Below are positions 1 through 11,100 of a stretch of DNA of 63,712 nt, one piece after another. Within the stretch, counting starts at the first letter, position 1. The number at the start of each line of letters is the position of its first letter. This DNA comes from Chlorokybus atmophyticus. Lineage: Eukaryota > Plantae > Mesostigma and Chlorokybus algae. Under the pieces are notes generated by a model. The model did not search any database, was not told where the DNA came from, and saw only the letters and a program-made list of their open reading frames with translations. Location of the stretch: assembly GCA_009103225.1 (NCBI GenBank), contig RHPI01003369.1:627500-691211 (forward strand), written 5' to 3'. The translations under genes and the position numbers were made by a program.

Positions 1-1728
1 CAGTGGCAACCTGAATAACTCAGGCTCAGGGTCCGACGGTGACGGCCAGAACAGGTCTGGCTCTGGTGGATCTGATGCCTTGAATGCTGGAGATGCTTGT
101 CCAAACGGCAGCGATAATGGCTCTGACACCTTGAGTGGCAAGCCCATGGTGTTCGATCCAAACAAACCTGAGGTAGGCTTACCAGAACAGGCCCTGGATG
201 ACTAAGCATGCTCTCTGTTGGCTGTTCAGCTTTGCTGAGTCTGCACTGTATTTGCAATTAAGAGATCTGCATGGTCAGCCAGTAATTGCTGTTGCTAAGT
301 GTTTGAGCTCAACTCATGCAGGAAGTACCGGACGCTGATTGCGCGGCAACATCGACGGGACCACCTGAGGCGAATTCTCACAAGCGCAAGGAGACAATGC
401 CACCACCAGAGCCCTCTCCCAAGCAGGCACGGGTGCACTCTCAGCACCTCCAACAAAAGCCGCATCAACCGCAGGCAGCTCACGGACAGCAGTCGATGTC
501 AATACCACCGTTGCCACCCCAACACCATGCGTCAGAACTGTCCAGCCCAGAACGCCCCTCCCCACGCTCCACTAAACCAGTTCCTCAGAAGACACCTCCT
601 GGTGTTCATAATGACTTCAACCTGAAAGCAAATTCGGCTGCCTCTAAAGACAATGAAGATGTGAAACCACAGCTTGGCAGTGCCGACAAGCGCCCATCTG
701 CTTTCTCCGCTTACAGTGCTCCACAGAACGGCAGCAACTATTCACAGGTATAATCTTGCTGCCCAAGCTAGGTTGGTCCACTGGGTTGCTTGTCTCACTG
801 TTACTGGTTGCAGCAGGCTGGAAGCAACAGCTACAAGAACGGCAATGGCAATGGCAGTGAAGCAACAAACGGTTACAAAAGCAACGGAAGCACAGCGCAT
901 ACTGCAGAACATGGTCATCATTCTCACAGCCACGGCCATCATCAGCCCCAGCAACATCAACAGCAACATCATGACGCCCATGCCCACCCCCAGCATCATC
1001 ATGACCAACATTCCCACGGGCACCATGCAGCTCAGTCCAACGCCCCCCATACTGAGCGCGTTGAGCAGTCCCCGGATACAGCACATGACGCTGCTACTAG
1101 ACAACAGCACTTGGGACCCTTCAACATGCATCGCTACCACCAGATGCCAGCGGCAAACTATTACGCTGCAGGCCCTAGTATGCACGCGCACAAGCCTCAA
1201 TACCCCTGGACCCAGAACAATGTTGCTGCTCCAGATACTGCAGTGGGTGCGTCTCCACACGGATTTGGGGACGCGAGTGCCAGTCCAAGTGGTGAGGGCG
1301 ACGCCACCAATGCTGAGCCAGGAGGCAGTGGCAATGGAGGCAGTGGCGAGTCTGCTGTCACAGTCGCTGGCACTAGTCAAAGTGCGAGCCAAGCTGAGGA
1401 CGCCAAGAAGGCTCACTCCACGCCTGGCTCAGCACGCCGTGAAGCTGCACTTGATAAGTTTCGCAAGAAGCGCGAGCAGAGGTGTTTTGAAAAGAAGGTT
1501 CGCTACCAGAGCAGGTAACCAAGGCAGGCCTTTTATGAAAGCTGCCCTGTGTTGTGGTTATGGATGCAAAATTGAGATGACATGCGCGCCACAATCAACT
1601 CATGTCGTTGTTGTGGATTTGCTGTTGGCAGAAAATGGCTAGCAGAGCAGCGGCCGCGCGTACGTGGTCAGTTTGTCCGGCGCAACAAGTCGGAACCGGG
1701 TGAGGGCGGGGGTGAGGAGGCGATATAG
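1..1728 (+). CDS. PRR: Pseudo-response regulator (PRR7/PRR3-like clock protein), 3' part with CCT domain; exons approx <1-172, 322-747, 817-1514, 1632-1728
   Basis: Splicing AG|GTAACC (1514) to GCAG|A (1632) rebuilds [42 protein letters not shown], a PRR-type CCT motif. The 5' exon is Ser/Gly-rich (SGSGSDG..GSDNGS). Stop TAG at 1726-1728. Confidence 0.85.
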
Positions 1729-2393
1729 TGGCTTGTGAATATAGTGGCTATTACTAATTATGTACCTCAAGACGAGAGGGTATATTGTTTGTGCGCGCCT
1801 AGTTTGGACTGGTGTACATGGCTTCTGTGCAGGCTGGGTTGCTGCTTATATCGCAGGCCAGTCTCTTGTGGATCTTAGTCAATTTTGATGCGCTATGGTG
1901 ACAGTTTCAGCCAGTCCCTGTACATATTGTAATGACAGATGTTGCTCGTTCTGAGGATAATGTCTGACGCTGATTGTTCCTGTACACGGAAAATAACGTA
2001 ATTTACAACATTTGCCATTTGCATAAAAGCGCCTGAAAGCTGAAGCAAGGTCTGGCCACAAAACTCTCAGGCGCAACCATAGCAATAAACAAAGATATGG
2101 GAAGTGCTGTAGCGTGGTAACATCTAATATCGCTCAAAACAATCTAGAAGCCTAGATGTAAGGCAATGTAAGCAGCTGCATGAAAAGCTGATTGGTGCGG
2201 ATGAGAGTATCACATATCCACTACATCCCAGCGCACTTCAAATCTAGCTGGTCTGACACTTTCTTACATGTCTGCAGGTTGTCCCCTTGGTTGTGGTACT
2301 CCGTAGCTTCTCTTTTGCGACTTGTAAGCTCCCGCAAGTAGAAATAGGCTGTGCATTTGCGAGATTGGTCGTGCTGTTCATGCGTATAACACT

Positions 2394-2997
2394 TGTCATG
2401 CCTATTGCCCAAGCATGCCAGTCGTCATCGGGCATGCCTACAGCAAGACCCTCGCCCGGCTTACCAGCATGGCAACCCGCGCGCGCCTCTGACCAGTAGC
2501 TAGGTCATGTCCCTAGAGTAGCTCGTGACCATAGCCTGCATAGGCACCGCGCGTAGCTGTTCAATAGTGAGTTCAGTTATAAGTCCGGTTCTATATCGAG
2601 TGGGCATTTCCTGTGGAAATAGCCTCGATATGACCGTTAGCTTATGTTCTGGACAGTCATGAGTTGACTTGTATAAGCAGGCACAGTGTTCACCGGATCA
2701 GCTGGTGACACTGTAAGTGAGAAAGCTAAGAGCTTGTGAAGCGACTTGAACTACGAACATACCGTCCTGGTTCCCAAGAATCCCCTCACCGTGTGAAAGC
2801 CTGTGCATGTTCTTGTGCACTGTGCTTGTTCTTGCTGTGAGCTTTGTGTACTTGGTCGCGGTGTGCTTGTTGGCATCAGTCAGGGCATAGCATCCACGTG
2901 TTGCTTGCTCATTCACCTCACTTAACAGTGTAATTTCTCTCCCACTCACGCAAAGAACTGTGTAAACAGCACTACCCATAGTAGTGGCTTGTTGACT
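2394..2997 (+). repeat. Repeat A1 (604 bp), 5' terminal repeat
   Basis: Colinear with 12654-13257 (offset 10260); 8 substitutions counted by eye. Confidence 0.95.
2672..2677 (+). promoter_or_regulatory. Putative TATA box (TATAAG) of the Gypsy element; predicted TSS near 2704
   Basis: TATAAG lies about 32 bp upstream of the segment complementary to the PBS. It is conserved in A2 (12932-12937). Confidence 0.5.
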
Positions 2998-3009
2998 TAC
3001 AGTGTCACC
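2998..3009 (+). promoter_or_regulatory. Self-priming primer-binding site (non-tRNA)
   Basis: 2995-3009 ACTTACAGTGTCACC is the exact reverse complement of 2704-2718 GGTGACACTGTAAGT. No TGG-type tRNA PBS follows A1. Confidence 0.75.
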
Positions 3010-3208
3010 CTCTTTGCTCAAGTGAGTGTAGTTGCAAGCTGTACATCAGCATCGCAAGCTGTAGTTGTACACATCGCAGTGCAGTGTTGTCACCGTCATC
3101 GCATAGCGCGCACAAGCGCTAGTGTGTTGGGTGATAGCAGCACTGGAGATCCCATTGTAGAACACAAACACTCTACCCTTCATCCACTTTCACCATCGCA
3201 CCAGCTGT

Positions 3209-6200
3209 ATGAGCAGGCCCACCCCGTTCTCCCCAATAGACGAGGGTGACCTCAGCAGTTGGAGCCCAACCACCAACCTCACCTACGAGCGGACCAGTGA
3301 CGGGAGCATCGACCGCAGCAGCAGAGGCTCGCGCTCCATCTCCGGCTTCACCCCGCTCCACTCTACTCCTCGTCATCAAGCTTCTCCACTATCCTCGGAC
3401 AGCGACGACAACGAGATGGAGTCTTCCAGTTCAACCACATCCCTGCGCCTCTCCGGACGTGCCGGCACCACCTCGCTGGATGAGTTCATCATCAAGTTCC
3501 ACTCCAAGATGCGGCAGCAAGCTCTGAAGAACAAAGACTGGTCAGATGAGATCTCTTTCCACATTGCTGCTCAGTATCTTGATTATGAAGCACACGATGT
3601 CTGGAAGTCCGTTGCTGAACTGCATCGAGTGGACGGCTATGGCGAGCTTGCCAGCACCATAGAATCTGCATCACTGCACCGTCCAACAGGTGTCGTTCCA
3701 CCTGCCACTTCAGTTGCAGTAACAGGCTTGTCCATAGCTGCAGCTCCCAAGCAGGCAGAGGAGGAGGAACCGGAGTTGGTACTTGTAAACTTGACCCCTG
3801 CAGAAGTTGAGTCCAAGGAGGCCACATGTCGAGTTCGCATCCTTGACCGTTCTGCCGTCATCATTGAGGAACAAAGAGCTGCACAGCAAGCGGCAGCCGC
3901 AGAGTGGGGTACTCCTCTACCTCCGGCAACACCTGGCTCTCGTGCAGGAGGCAGTACCTTCACCCTCGGGTCAGTAGCACTGCGCGCACCAGCCATCTCC
4001 GTAGGTGCTGCCATCTCTGATTTGCCACTCAAGGACCTGTACGCTGCCCTGCGCCGCACCTTCCCTCCTCAGACCACCAGCAAGGTTGAGGAGCTGAGAC
4101 GCTTCCGACGCAAGCCCAATGAGGATCCCCTCCGCTTGTACTCCAGACTGGAAGGTCTGCTGAAGGACACTGACTACAGGATTGTCAGTAAGGAGGCTGC
4201 TGCAGTGATATACGTCAATGAGTTGGATGCGGCTCTAAGCGAGTCGACACGCCTGACTCTGAACTACAGCAGGCCCCTTGGCTACACCCTTAAGGAAGCT
4301 TTCGAGACTGCACAAGCCATCCATAAGCGCGCAGTGTATGAGAAAGCGGTGCTGGACACCAACCGCAGTGCCTCACGGCCTATGGCAGGCACAAGTGCAG
4401 AGCCTTTTCGGCGGGACCGCAGCCGGGCGTCGCAAGGCATCTATTACAAGGATGAACGGTCAGCTCATGCTGCCCTTGTGGCTCCAGTGCTGTGCCACCG
4501 GTGTGGTCGACATGGCCACTACCAGAAGGAGTGCACCGAAGATTACGGCAACCTTGTGTGCGACCACTGCCACAAGACGGGACACTTGGAGACAGTATGC
4601 TGGCTCAAGTTCCCTGAGCTGCGGCCCCCTGTTGGCTACAACAACAGCAACAACGCTGTTGGCTACCGCGGCCACAACAACCACAACAACAACAGGGGCT
4701 ACAACAACAGCAACCACGCTGTCGGCCACAACAACAGCAACAACGCTGGTGGTCGCAACAACGGCAACAACGCTGGTGGCCACAACCCCAACAACAACAA
4801 CAACGCTGGCGGCCGCAAGGAAGAAGCTGGCTATAGAGGGAAAAACCGCCCTCCACAGCACAAAGGACTTGAGGGACGTCCTCGCGCTGGAGCTGCTGCT
4901 GTAAAGGCACCAACCAATCCATCGGCTATCGTCCAAGTGGCAGCCCTGATGGCGCCCGTGGCACAGCTGGAGGAAAACAAGGAGCAGGACTATCAAGCCT
5001 GCTATGCTGCTAGGTGGGCATTGATGGCACCGAAACGGGATAGGGACACTCCCACGCCGTCACGCGTACAACCATCCAGACGGGCGCGCAGGGAAGCTGG
5101 CGCGTCGTCAACAGCGGCATCGTCGGACGCCACAAGCGGTGCTGCCTCGGCAGCCACAACCACCGCTGGGACGACGCCGTCGACGACACCGTCGGCGTCC
5201 ACACCGACCACGACAGCAGGTGTCAGCACTCTTGGCACCACGCTGTTCCCGGTGATGGAGAGCACCCACGCCGCAGCAACCATGGTCGTTGGGTTCGTAA
5301 GTGGTGAATCCACCACTCCTGCCTCCATCGGAACGACCACATCAACCGCAACTGCTGCCACCCTCACAGCCGCCACCTCAGTGACGACGACTGCGGCAGG
5401 TGCCACCACCATCGCCTCCAGTAGTGCTGCCATACCCACCGCACCACTTCCTGAGGGCCGGACGGCACCGCCACCAGCATTGGACGTCACACAGCAAGTG
5501 CCACGCGGGCCGCAAGCAGAAAGCGCCTGGGCGTCGATTCTACGCAACGTGGAGCCCACCACTATTGCGTACGGACCAGGGGGGCAACGCACCACGCACG
5601 TGGCACGCGATGATCGCATTTTGCCCCTACCACCGCCAGAATACCACACGCTGCCGGAACCCACACAACAGCAGCTGGAGGATGAAATCCTCGCCGGCAC
5701 TGCACCAGAGATGAGGGATCGTCTGTTCGGGGTCACCTATCGCCAACCTGCGGTGTTGGAACTGGCCATCCAGTTGTTCCTGGCATTACACACACGGTTG
5801 CAGGGCGCACCCAGTCAATCGCGACAGCCCATGCCCGCTCAACAGATCGACTTCGAGCCTTCGCCACTGGACCCACTCAGCCTCCAGCGACACAAACTCC
5901 AAGACCTCGTGGTCACGATGTCTGACATCGCGCTGGGCGCTGATGCCGCTCTCCGGGGGCTCACTCCAGGCAGTCGTCAAGAGAGTTTCTCTGCACTCGA
6001 ACAGGCCCATCGGTATCGCATGGACCAAGCTGCCCAAGTGGACGCGCGCCGACAAGCGTACGAAGCTGCACACGCCGTTATCGTACCAACCATAGCGCCA
6101 GCACACGTTGCCAGCGCCTCCACGGCGCCGACCACAGCACACTCCACAACGATCGCCATCGAGCAGCCGGGACACGCAACTGTTGCAGACCAAGCGAGGG

Positions 6201-8167
6201 CGTTGGCGCAACAATTGAGGGGAGTAATCGCCCCGCTGCTGCCTCCTTTGGTCGAAGACATGCCTGAGGATCAACGCGATGCAGGGCGAGGGTACCTCAC
6301 CCCGCAAGGGGACACCACACAACGAGGAGGAGCTGGTATGGTGGGGGAGCAACAACTCCGTACCGCACTCATCCGGCAAGCAGTCATGTTGCACAGGCCT
6401 GAGGGCAACACATTAAGACAGATGATGGGGATGCAAGACGGCAGCGCCGCGCGAGCTCGTCTCGTGACATGGCTCGTTGCCAATCACCCTGCTGTCCCCC
6501 TGTTTGCCTTTGGCAACCGAGCATCATGGTTGGGGGCATTCGTTCGTTCGCTGCGACAAGCATACGACGAGGCTGCCACCACAGCCCCGGACACGCTGGA
6601 GGGAGTGCAAGAGGCAATGCTTCGGCTGCCAGGGGTGGAAGCCGCACGGCAACGGCGGCGCATCGCCATTGCTCATGAGCTACACGCACAGCAGACTGAC
6701 CTCCAGCGCACCCTACGTGCTCGCGCCATGACTGTGCTCGATGTGGGAGTGGTACAGGGAAGGTGGGATGCCTACATGGCAGGGATCCTACGAGTCCCCA
6801 CCATTACTCACGACATGCGGCGACAGCTACTACGCGCCGTATACCTGCAGCCCATGCCTCAATATCATCATTGGACCGACACGGACACCGAGCCCACGGC
6901 CACGTGGGAAGGGACATTGGTCAGAGAAGCGGCTCATGCTGTGCGATGGACGTACGCCGCGGAGCAAGCTGAACGCGAGGCAGGCCCACAAACACCGGGT
7001 CCGCCGGGGTTCCCTCCACAGCCACTGGGTACGCCCGTGGGCATGATTCCAGCTTCTCAGAGGCGTCATCCACCTGCGCCGCCACCACAACCGGCGCCGG
7101 AACCTCCAGCACCGAGGCCCCCCCGTGTCTACCAACCACCTCGACAAGGTCGGTTCGGCAGAGGGAGAGGGCAAGGAGGGGGTTCTCCGGATCCAGCAGG
7201 CAGAGGAGCTCTGGCTGCCATGCGCTCGGCATCTCCAGCTGAGGCAACTGAGTCAGAGGAACAAACACCTCGTATGAAGAGGTTGCGTATCGACGCCAAC
7301 GCTGCCATGGTGGCCAACCAAGGCAAGCACGTTACCATCAACGGTCTGGCACCCAAGCGGGTAATGTTGGACACCGGAGCACAGCCTGTCATCATCGGGC
7401 GCTTCCTCGCGCGGTCCCTAGGCATAACCAGTTCCGACTTGGTGCCTTGCCCGTGCGTGTTGGACACTGCCACAGGTAGCCGGGATAAGGTGATGGGAGT
7501 CACCAGGGAGGCCTTTTGCATTCGGTTGATAGGGCTGGACCCAACCCACACGACCGAGATCGTCCAGCAATACATGGTCACCAATGCCGGCTCCTTCGAC
7601 TTTCTGCTTGGGCAGGATTTCAACTTCCCTGTGGGCATGGGCCTCGACTGCTGCACAGAACGAGCGTGGTTTCGGCCACATTGGGATGAGGATGACGGAG
7701 AGGTACAGGGTTTCCTGCCTCTCGAGTTGGTCTCGCGCACGCGCGCCCAACGCAAAATGGCTGCCATGGCCACACGCAGACACGCCCGCACCCGTAAGGC
7801 TGTAATGGACATATACGACGGTGCTCAGACGCAAGTCGCTGCTGGTGCCACAACCCCGTGTCAAACCGGCGACCCTCCTCCCATCTCGTACAACAAGGAG
7901 CAGGAGGATGCCACCGTGGAAGTAGCATTACAAGACCCAGCTGAACGGCGCTGGCGCGCACAGGTGGACGCACACATCTTGCTCAGCCACCCACTGATCA
8001 CCACGCGCTTCCCCAACTACCGAAGCCACGTCAAGGTGCAGGACCACATATGGTGGCCACCGGAGTGGTGGAATTCCACACCTTTCGCAGACAACAGGGC
8101 ATCACAGTGTTGGAGCTGTTTGGAGGCATTGGCAGTGGTCTTGCTGCGGTCCTCAACACGGGCGTGA
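3209..8167 (+). CDS. gag: Gag-protease polyprotein (1652 aa)
   Basis: Capsid-like segment (LRRTFPPQTTSKVEELRRFRRKPNEDP). Two zinc knuckles, CHRCGRHGHYQKEC and CDHCHKTGHLETVC (4493-4600). Aspartic protease RVMLDTGAQ...FDFLLGQDF (about 7330-7640). Confidence 0.88.
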   Translation: MSRPTPFSPIDEGDLSSWSPTTNLTYERTSDGSIDRSSRGSRSISGFTPLHSTPRHQASPLSSDSDDNEMESSSSTTSLRLSGRAGTTSLDEFIIKFHSKMRQQALKNKDWSDEISFHIAAQYLDYEAHDVWKSVAELHRVDGYGELASTIESASLHRPTGVVPPATSVAVTGLSIAAAPKQAEEEEPELVLVNLTPAEVESKEATCRVRILDRSAVIIEEQRAAQQAAAAEWGTPLPPATPGSRAGGSTFTLGSVALRAPAISVGAAISDLPLKDLYAALRRTFPPQTTSKVEELRRFRRKPNEDPLRLYSRLEGLLKDTDYRIVSKEAAAVIYVNELDAALSESTRLTLNYSRPLGYTLKEAFETAQAIHKRAVYEKAVLDTNRSASRPMAGTSAEPFRRDRSRASQGIYYKDERSAHAALVAPVLCHRCGRHGHYQKECTEDYGNLVCDHCHKTGHLETVCWLKFPELRPPVGYNNSNNAVGYRGHNNHNNNRGYNNSNHAVGHNNSNNAGGRNNGNNAGGHNPNNNNNAGGRKEEAGYRGKNRPPQHKGLEGRPRAGAAAVKAPTNPSAIVQVAALMAPVAQLEENKEQDYQACYAARWALMAPKRDRDTPTPSRVQPSRRARREAGASSTAASSDATSGAASAATTTAGTTPSTTPSASTPTTTAGVSTLGTTLFPVMESTHAAATMVVGFVSGESTTPASIGTTTSTATAATLTAATSVTTTAAGATTIASSSAAIPTAPLPEGRTAPPPALDVTQQVPRGPQAESAWASILRNVEPTTIAYGPGGQRTTHVARDDRILPLPPPEYHTLPEPTQQQLEDEILAGTAPEMRDRLFGVTYRQPAVLELAIQLFLALHTRLQGAPSQSRQPMPAQQIDFEPSPLDPLSLQRHKLQDLVVTMSDIALGADAALRGLTPGSRQESFSALEQAHRYRMDQAAQVDARRQAYEAAHAVIVPTIAPAHVASASTAPTTAHSTTIAIEQPGHATVADQARALAQQLRGVIAPLLPPLVEDMPEDQRDAGRGYLTPQGDTTQRGGAGMVGEQQLRTALIRQAVMLHRPEGNTLRQMMGMQDGSAARARLVTWLVANHPAVPLFAFGNRASWLGAFVRSLRQAYDEAATTAPDTLEGVQEAMLRLPGVEAARQRRRIAIAHELHAQQTDLQRTLRARAMTVLDVGVVQGRWDAYMAGILRVPTITHDMRRQLLRAVYLQPMPQYHHWTDTDTEPTATWEGTLVREAAHAVRWTYAAEQAEREAGPQTPGPPGFPPQPLGTPVGMIPASQRRHPPAPPPQPAPEPPAPRPPRVYQPPRQGRFGRGRGQGGGSPDPAGRGALAAMRSASPAEATESEEQTPRMKRLRIDANAAMVANQGKHVTINGLAPKRVMLDTGAQPVIIGRFLARSLGITSSDLVPCPCVLDTATGSRDKVMGVTREAFCIRLIGLDPTHTTEIVQQYMVTNAGSFDFLLGQDFNFPVGMGLDCCTERAWFRPHWDEDDGEVQGFLPLELVSRTRAQRKMAAMATRRHARTRKAVMDIYDGAQTQVAAGATTPCQTGDPPPISYNKEQEDATVEVALQDPAERRWRAQVDAHILLSHPLITTRFPNYRSHVKVQDHIWWPPEWWNSTPFADNRASQCWSCLEALAVVLLRSSTRA
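4635..4812 (+). repeat. Imperfect coding tandem repeat (GGCyAC-AAC-AAC... units; Gly/Asn-rich) in gag
   Basis: Repeated G[YH]NNSNxA[VG] units directly after the zinc knuckles. Confidence 0.8.
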
Positions 8168-11100
8168 AGGTTACCAAATACTGTTACTGCGACCCAGACC
8201 CACACGCGCAAACGGTCCTCAAGCACCACTTACGCCAACTGCACACCAGGTATCCACGTCAACTACCCCTCTCGGCGTTGCAAGGCAGCCTCAAAGCATT
8301 GCCACAGGACGTCCGGCTGATCACTGAAGATCACCTACTGTCCCTCGGCAACATCGACCTGTTAATAGCTGGATGGGAATGCCAAGGGCACTCCAGGGCA
8401 GGCAAGGGACAAGGCCTCAAAAACCCTCGCTCCAGGTTGTTCTGGGAGCTGATGAGGATCATCCACCTCCTTCAACACCACCAGATCTCCAGACCCCTGG
8501 GGTACGTCATCGAAAATGTGCATAGAGAGGACGACAAGCGTCCGCACGTGGCCTCCAGCTACCGACAAGTTTGCTCCATTCTGGGGCACCCACTCAAGGT
8601 GAACGCGGCACGACATGGCTCGCGCGCACATCGTGTACGTGCCAAATGGACAAACTTGGCCACCGTGGAGGAGCTCATGACCGCCGAATACACGCGCAGC
8701 GCTCGGCCGCGCAACCTGCTGGTCGACGACATCCTTGACCCCGGCCGCACAGCACAACCTGTCTTGCATCATGACCACAACCACTTCTACCAGTGCAATC
8801 AGCCTGGTCAGCCCCGTCGCGCACTCCCCACATTGGTGTCCTACCCGGGCTCCTACGCATTTCGGAACGGTGGTGACGGGATGGTATTTAATGCAACCAC
8901 CAACACGTTGAAAGAACCCAACGCACGCGAACGTGAACGCGCCATGGGCTTCTTCCCCAACAGCATCACAGGTTCATCGCTGACGGACAATCAGCAATGC
9001 CAGCTGGTTGGTCGCGCCATGGACCAGAACAGCATGGTATGGCTGCTGGAGCTGAGCTTCGCGTTGCAGGACCGCCACGTGTCCTTTGAGGATCTCGAAC
9101 ACTTGGCTGGGGGGTGGGCTGATCGCGTCGACACCAAGGCAGCTCACACAGCTCTCGAGGTGATCCACATGGAGGAGCAAGCGGCAGTGACAGTGGAGGA
9201 CATTCCTGTGGTTGCCAATGCGACCTCCTGGGACCATGCCATTGGCCCGTTGGCCACGGAAGACACTCGAGAGAAGCTGGAGGCTCTCCTCAATAAATGG
9301 AGGAGCCAATTCAGCTTCAATGTGAAGGAATTGGGTACATGTTCGGTGTACCAGATGGACATCGAGCTAGTGGACACTGAGCCGGTGTTCCGGCGACAAT
9401 ACAGGCTCTCCAAGTTGGAAGAAGACTTGGTGGAACAGAGATGTAAGGCGCTGCTGGATGCAGGCCTTTTCGAAGAGTCCACATCGGACTTCGCAGCAGC
9501 AACCGTCATGCCCTTGAAGAAGGATTCAGCAGGCAACTGGACAGAGCGACGCATGTGTGGCGACTATCGTCCCCTCAATAACAAGACCAAGCAAGACCGG
9601 TACCCCATGCCCACAGCAGAGGGTATTTTTGATGATGTGGGAGACTGCACAGTCTTCAGCATCCTGGACATGCGTCAGGGGTACAACCAGATCGCCATCA
9701 AGGACGAGGACAAGCACAAGACCTCCTTCTGGGGCAACCGACAGTTGTACCAATGGAAGGTAATGCCGTTCGGGCTGAAGAATGCCCCCGCCAAGTTTCA
9801 ACGCGTCATGGACAAAGCCTTGAAGGGGCTGGACTGCGCGCGGTGCTACATCGATGACATCCTCATCTTCAGCCGCAGCAACGAGGAGCATCTTCAGCAC
9901 ATCGAAGCGGTGCTGGAACGACTCAAGGGAGTGGGGATGACCGTACACCCCGACAAGTGTACCTTCTTCACCCACAAGGTGCCGTACTTAGGGCACATGA
10001 TTGTGCCCCATGGTGTGTATGTGCAGCAGGCAAAAGTAGAGGCTCTGGCAGCTATCCCTGCCCCGACAGACCTCACACGTCTGCGCGCTTTCTTGGGACT
10101 TGCCAACTACTATCGCCGGTTCGTGAAGGACTTCGCGAAGATCGCAAGGCCCCTCAACGAGCTACTGAAGAAGGAGGTGGAGTTCGCGTGGAAGGAGCCG
10201 CAACAGCAGGCCTTCGAGGAGCTGAAGAGCAGACTCACCAGCGCTCCCATCCTTCAACGTCCGGACTACGCCAAGCCTTTCATCCTTCACACCGACTGGA
10301 GCAAGCTGGGGATGGGAGCGGTGCTGGTGCAGCACGATGAGCACAAGAAGGAGCGGGTGGTGGCATACGCCAGCCGAAGCAACAACAGCACTGAGGCCAA
10401 CTACAGCAGCTATGAAGGGGAATGCCTCGCTGCAGTGTGGGCCATCTCCTTCTTCCGACCTTTCCTCTTTGGTCGACAGTTCCAACTGATCACCGATCAT
10501 CAGCCCCTCAAGTGGCTGATGACCAACCAACATCTGACAGGGAAACTTGCTCGATGGGCCCTGCTGTTACAGGAATACGACTTCGAGATTGACCACCGCG
10601 CTGGCCTCACCAACCAAGACGCCGATGGCCTCAGTCGCAACCCCCACCTCAGCACCAACGACGCAACTGGAGCGCGGCATGAGCTCATCCCTGCAGCAAC
10701 AGCTCCCACCATGGCAGCCATGTTTGCTGCTGCCGCGTTGCGCTCAGGGCGCAAGACCAACACCACAACCTCAGCAGTGGTAGAGGAGATTCCTGCCCTT
10801 GAGTCTACTGACCCTGCGGCAATCACACCCTTGGGAGACGCCCACGCAGCCAACATTGACGTCGATGACACAGAGCTGGCGTCCACTGACACCAGGCAGG
10901 ACATATGGCACGACAAGCCATCACTCTCCTTTCTTCAACATGGCCATCTCCCCTCTGGCATGAGCGCTCGAGAGAAGGACCGGGTCAATCAACGCACCCG
11001 TCACTATCGATGGGCAGGTGACAAGCTGTATCGCCGCTTCCACGACGAAGACAAGAAAGTGCCGACACCAGTCACGCGCGAGGACATCATCACTTCCCTC

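Noticed and set aside
2698-3021. Minus-strand ORFs in repeats A/B (also 12958-13341, 12414-12752, 13249-13605)
   Set aside because: No recognisable motifs; they recur only because the repeats are duplicated.
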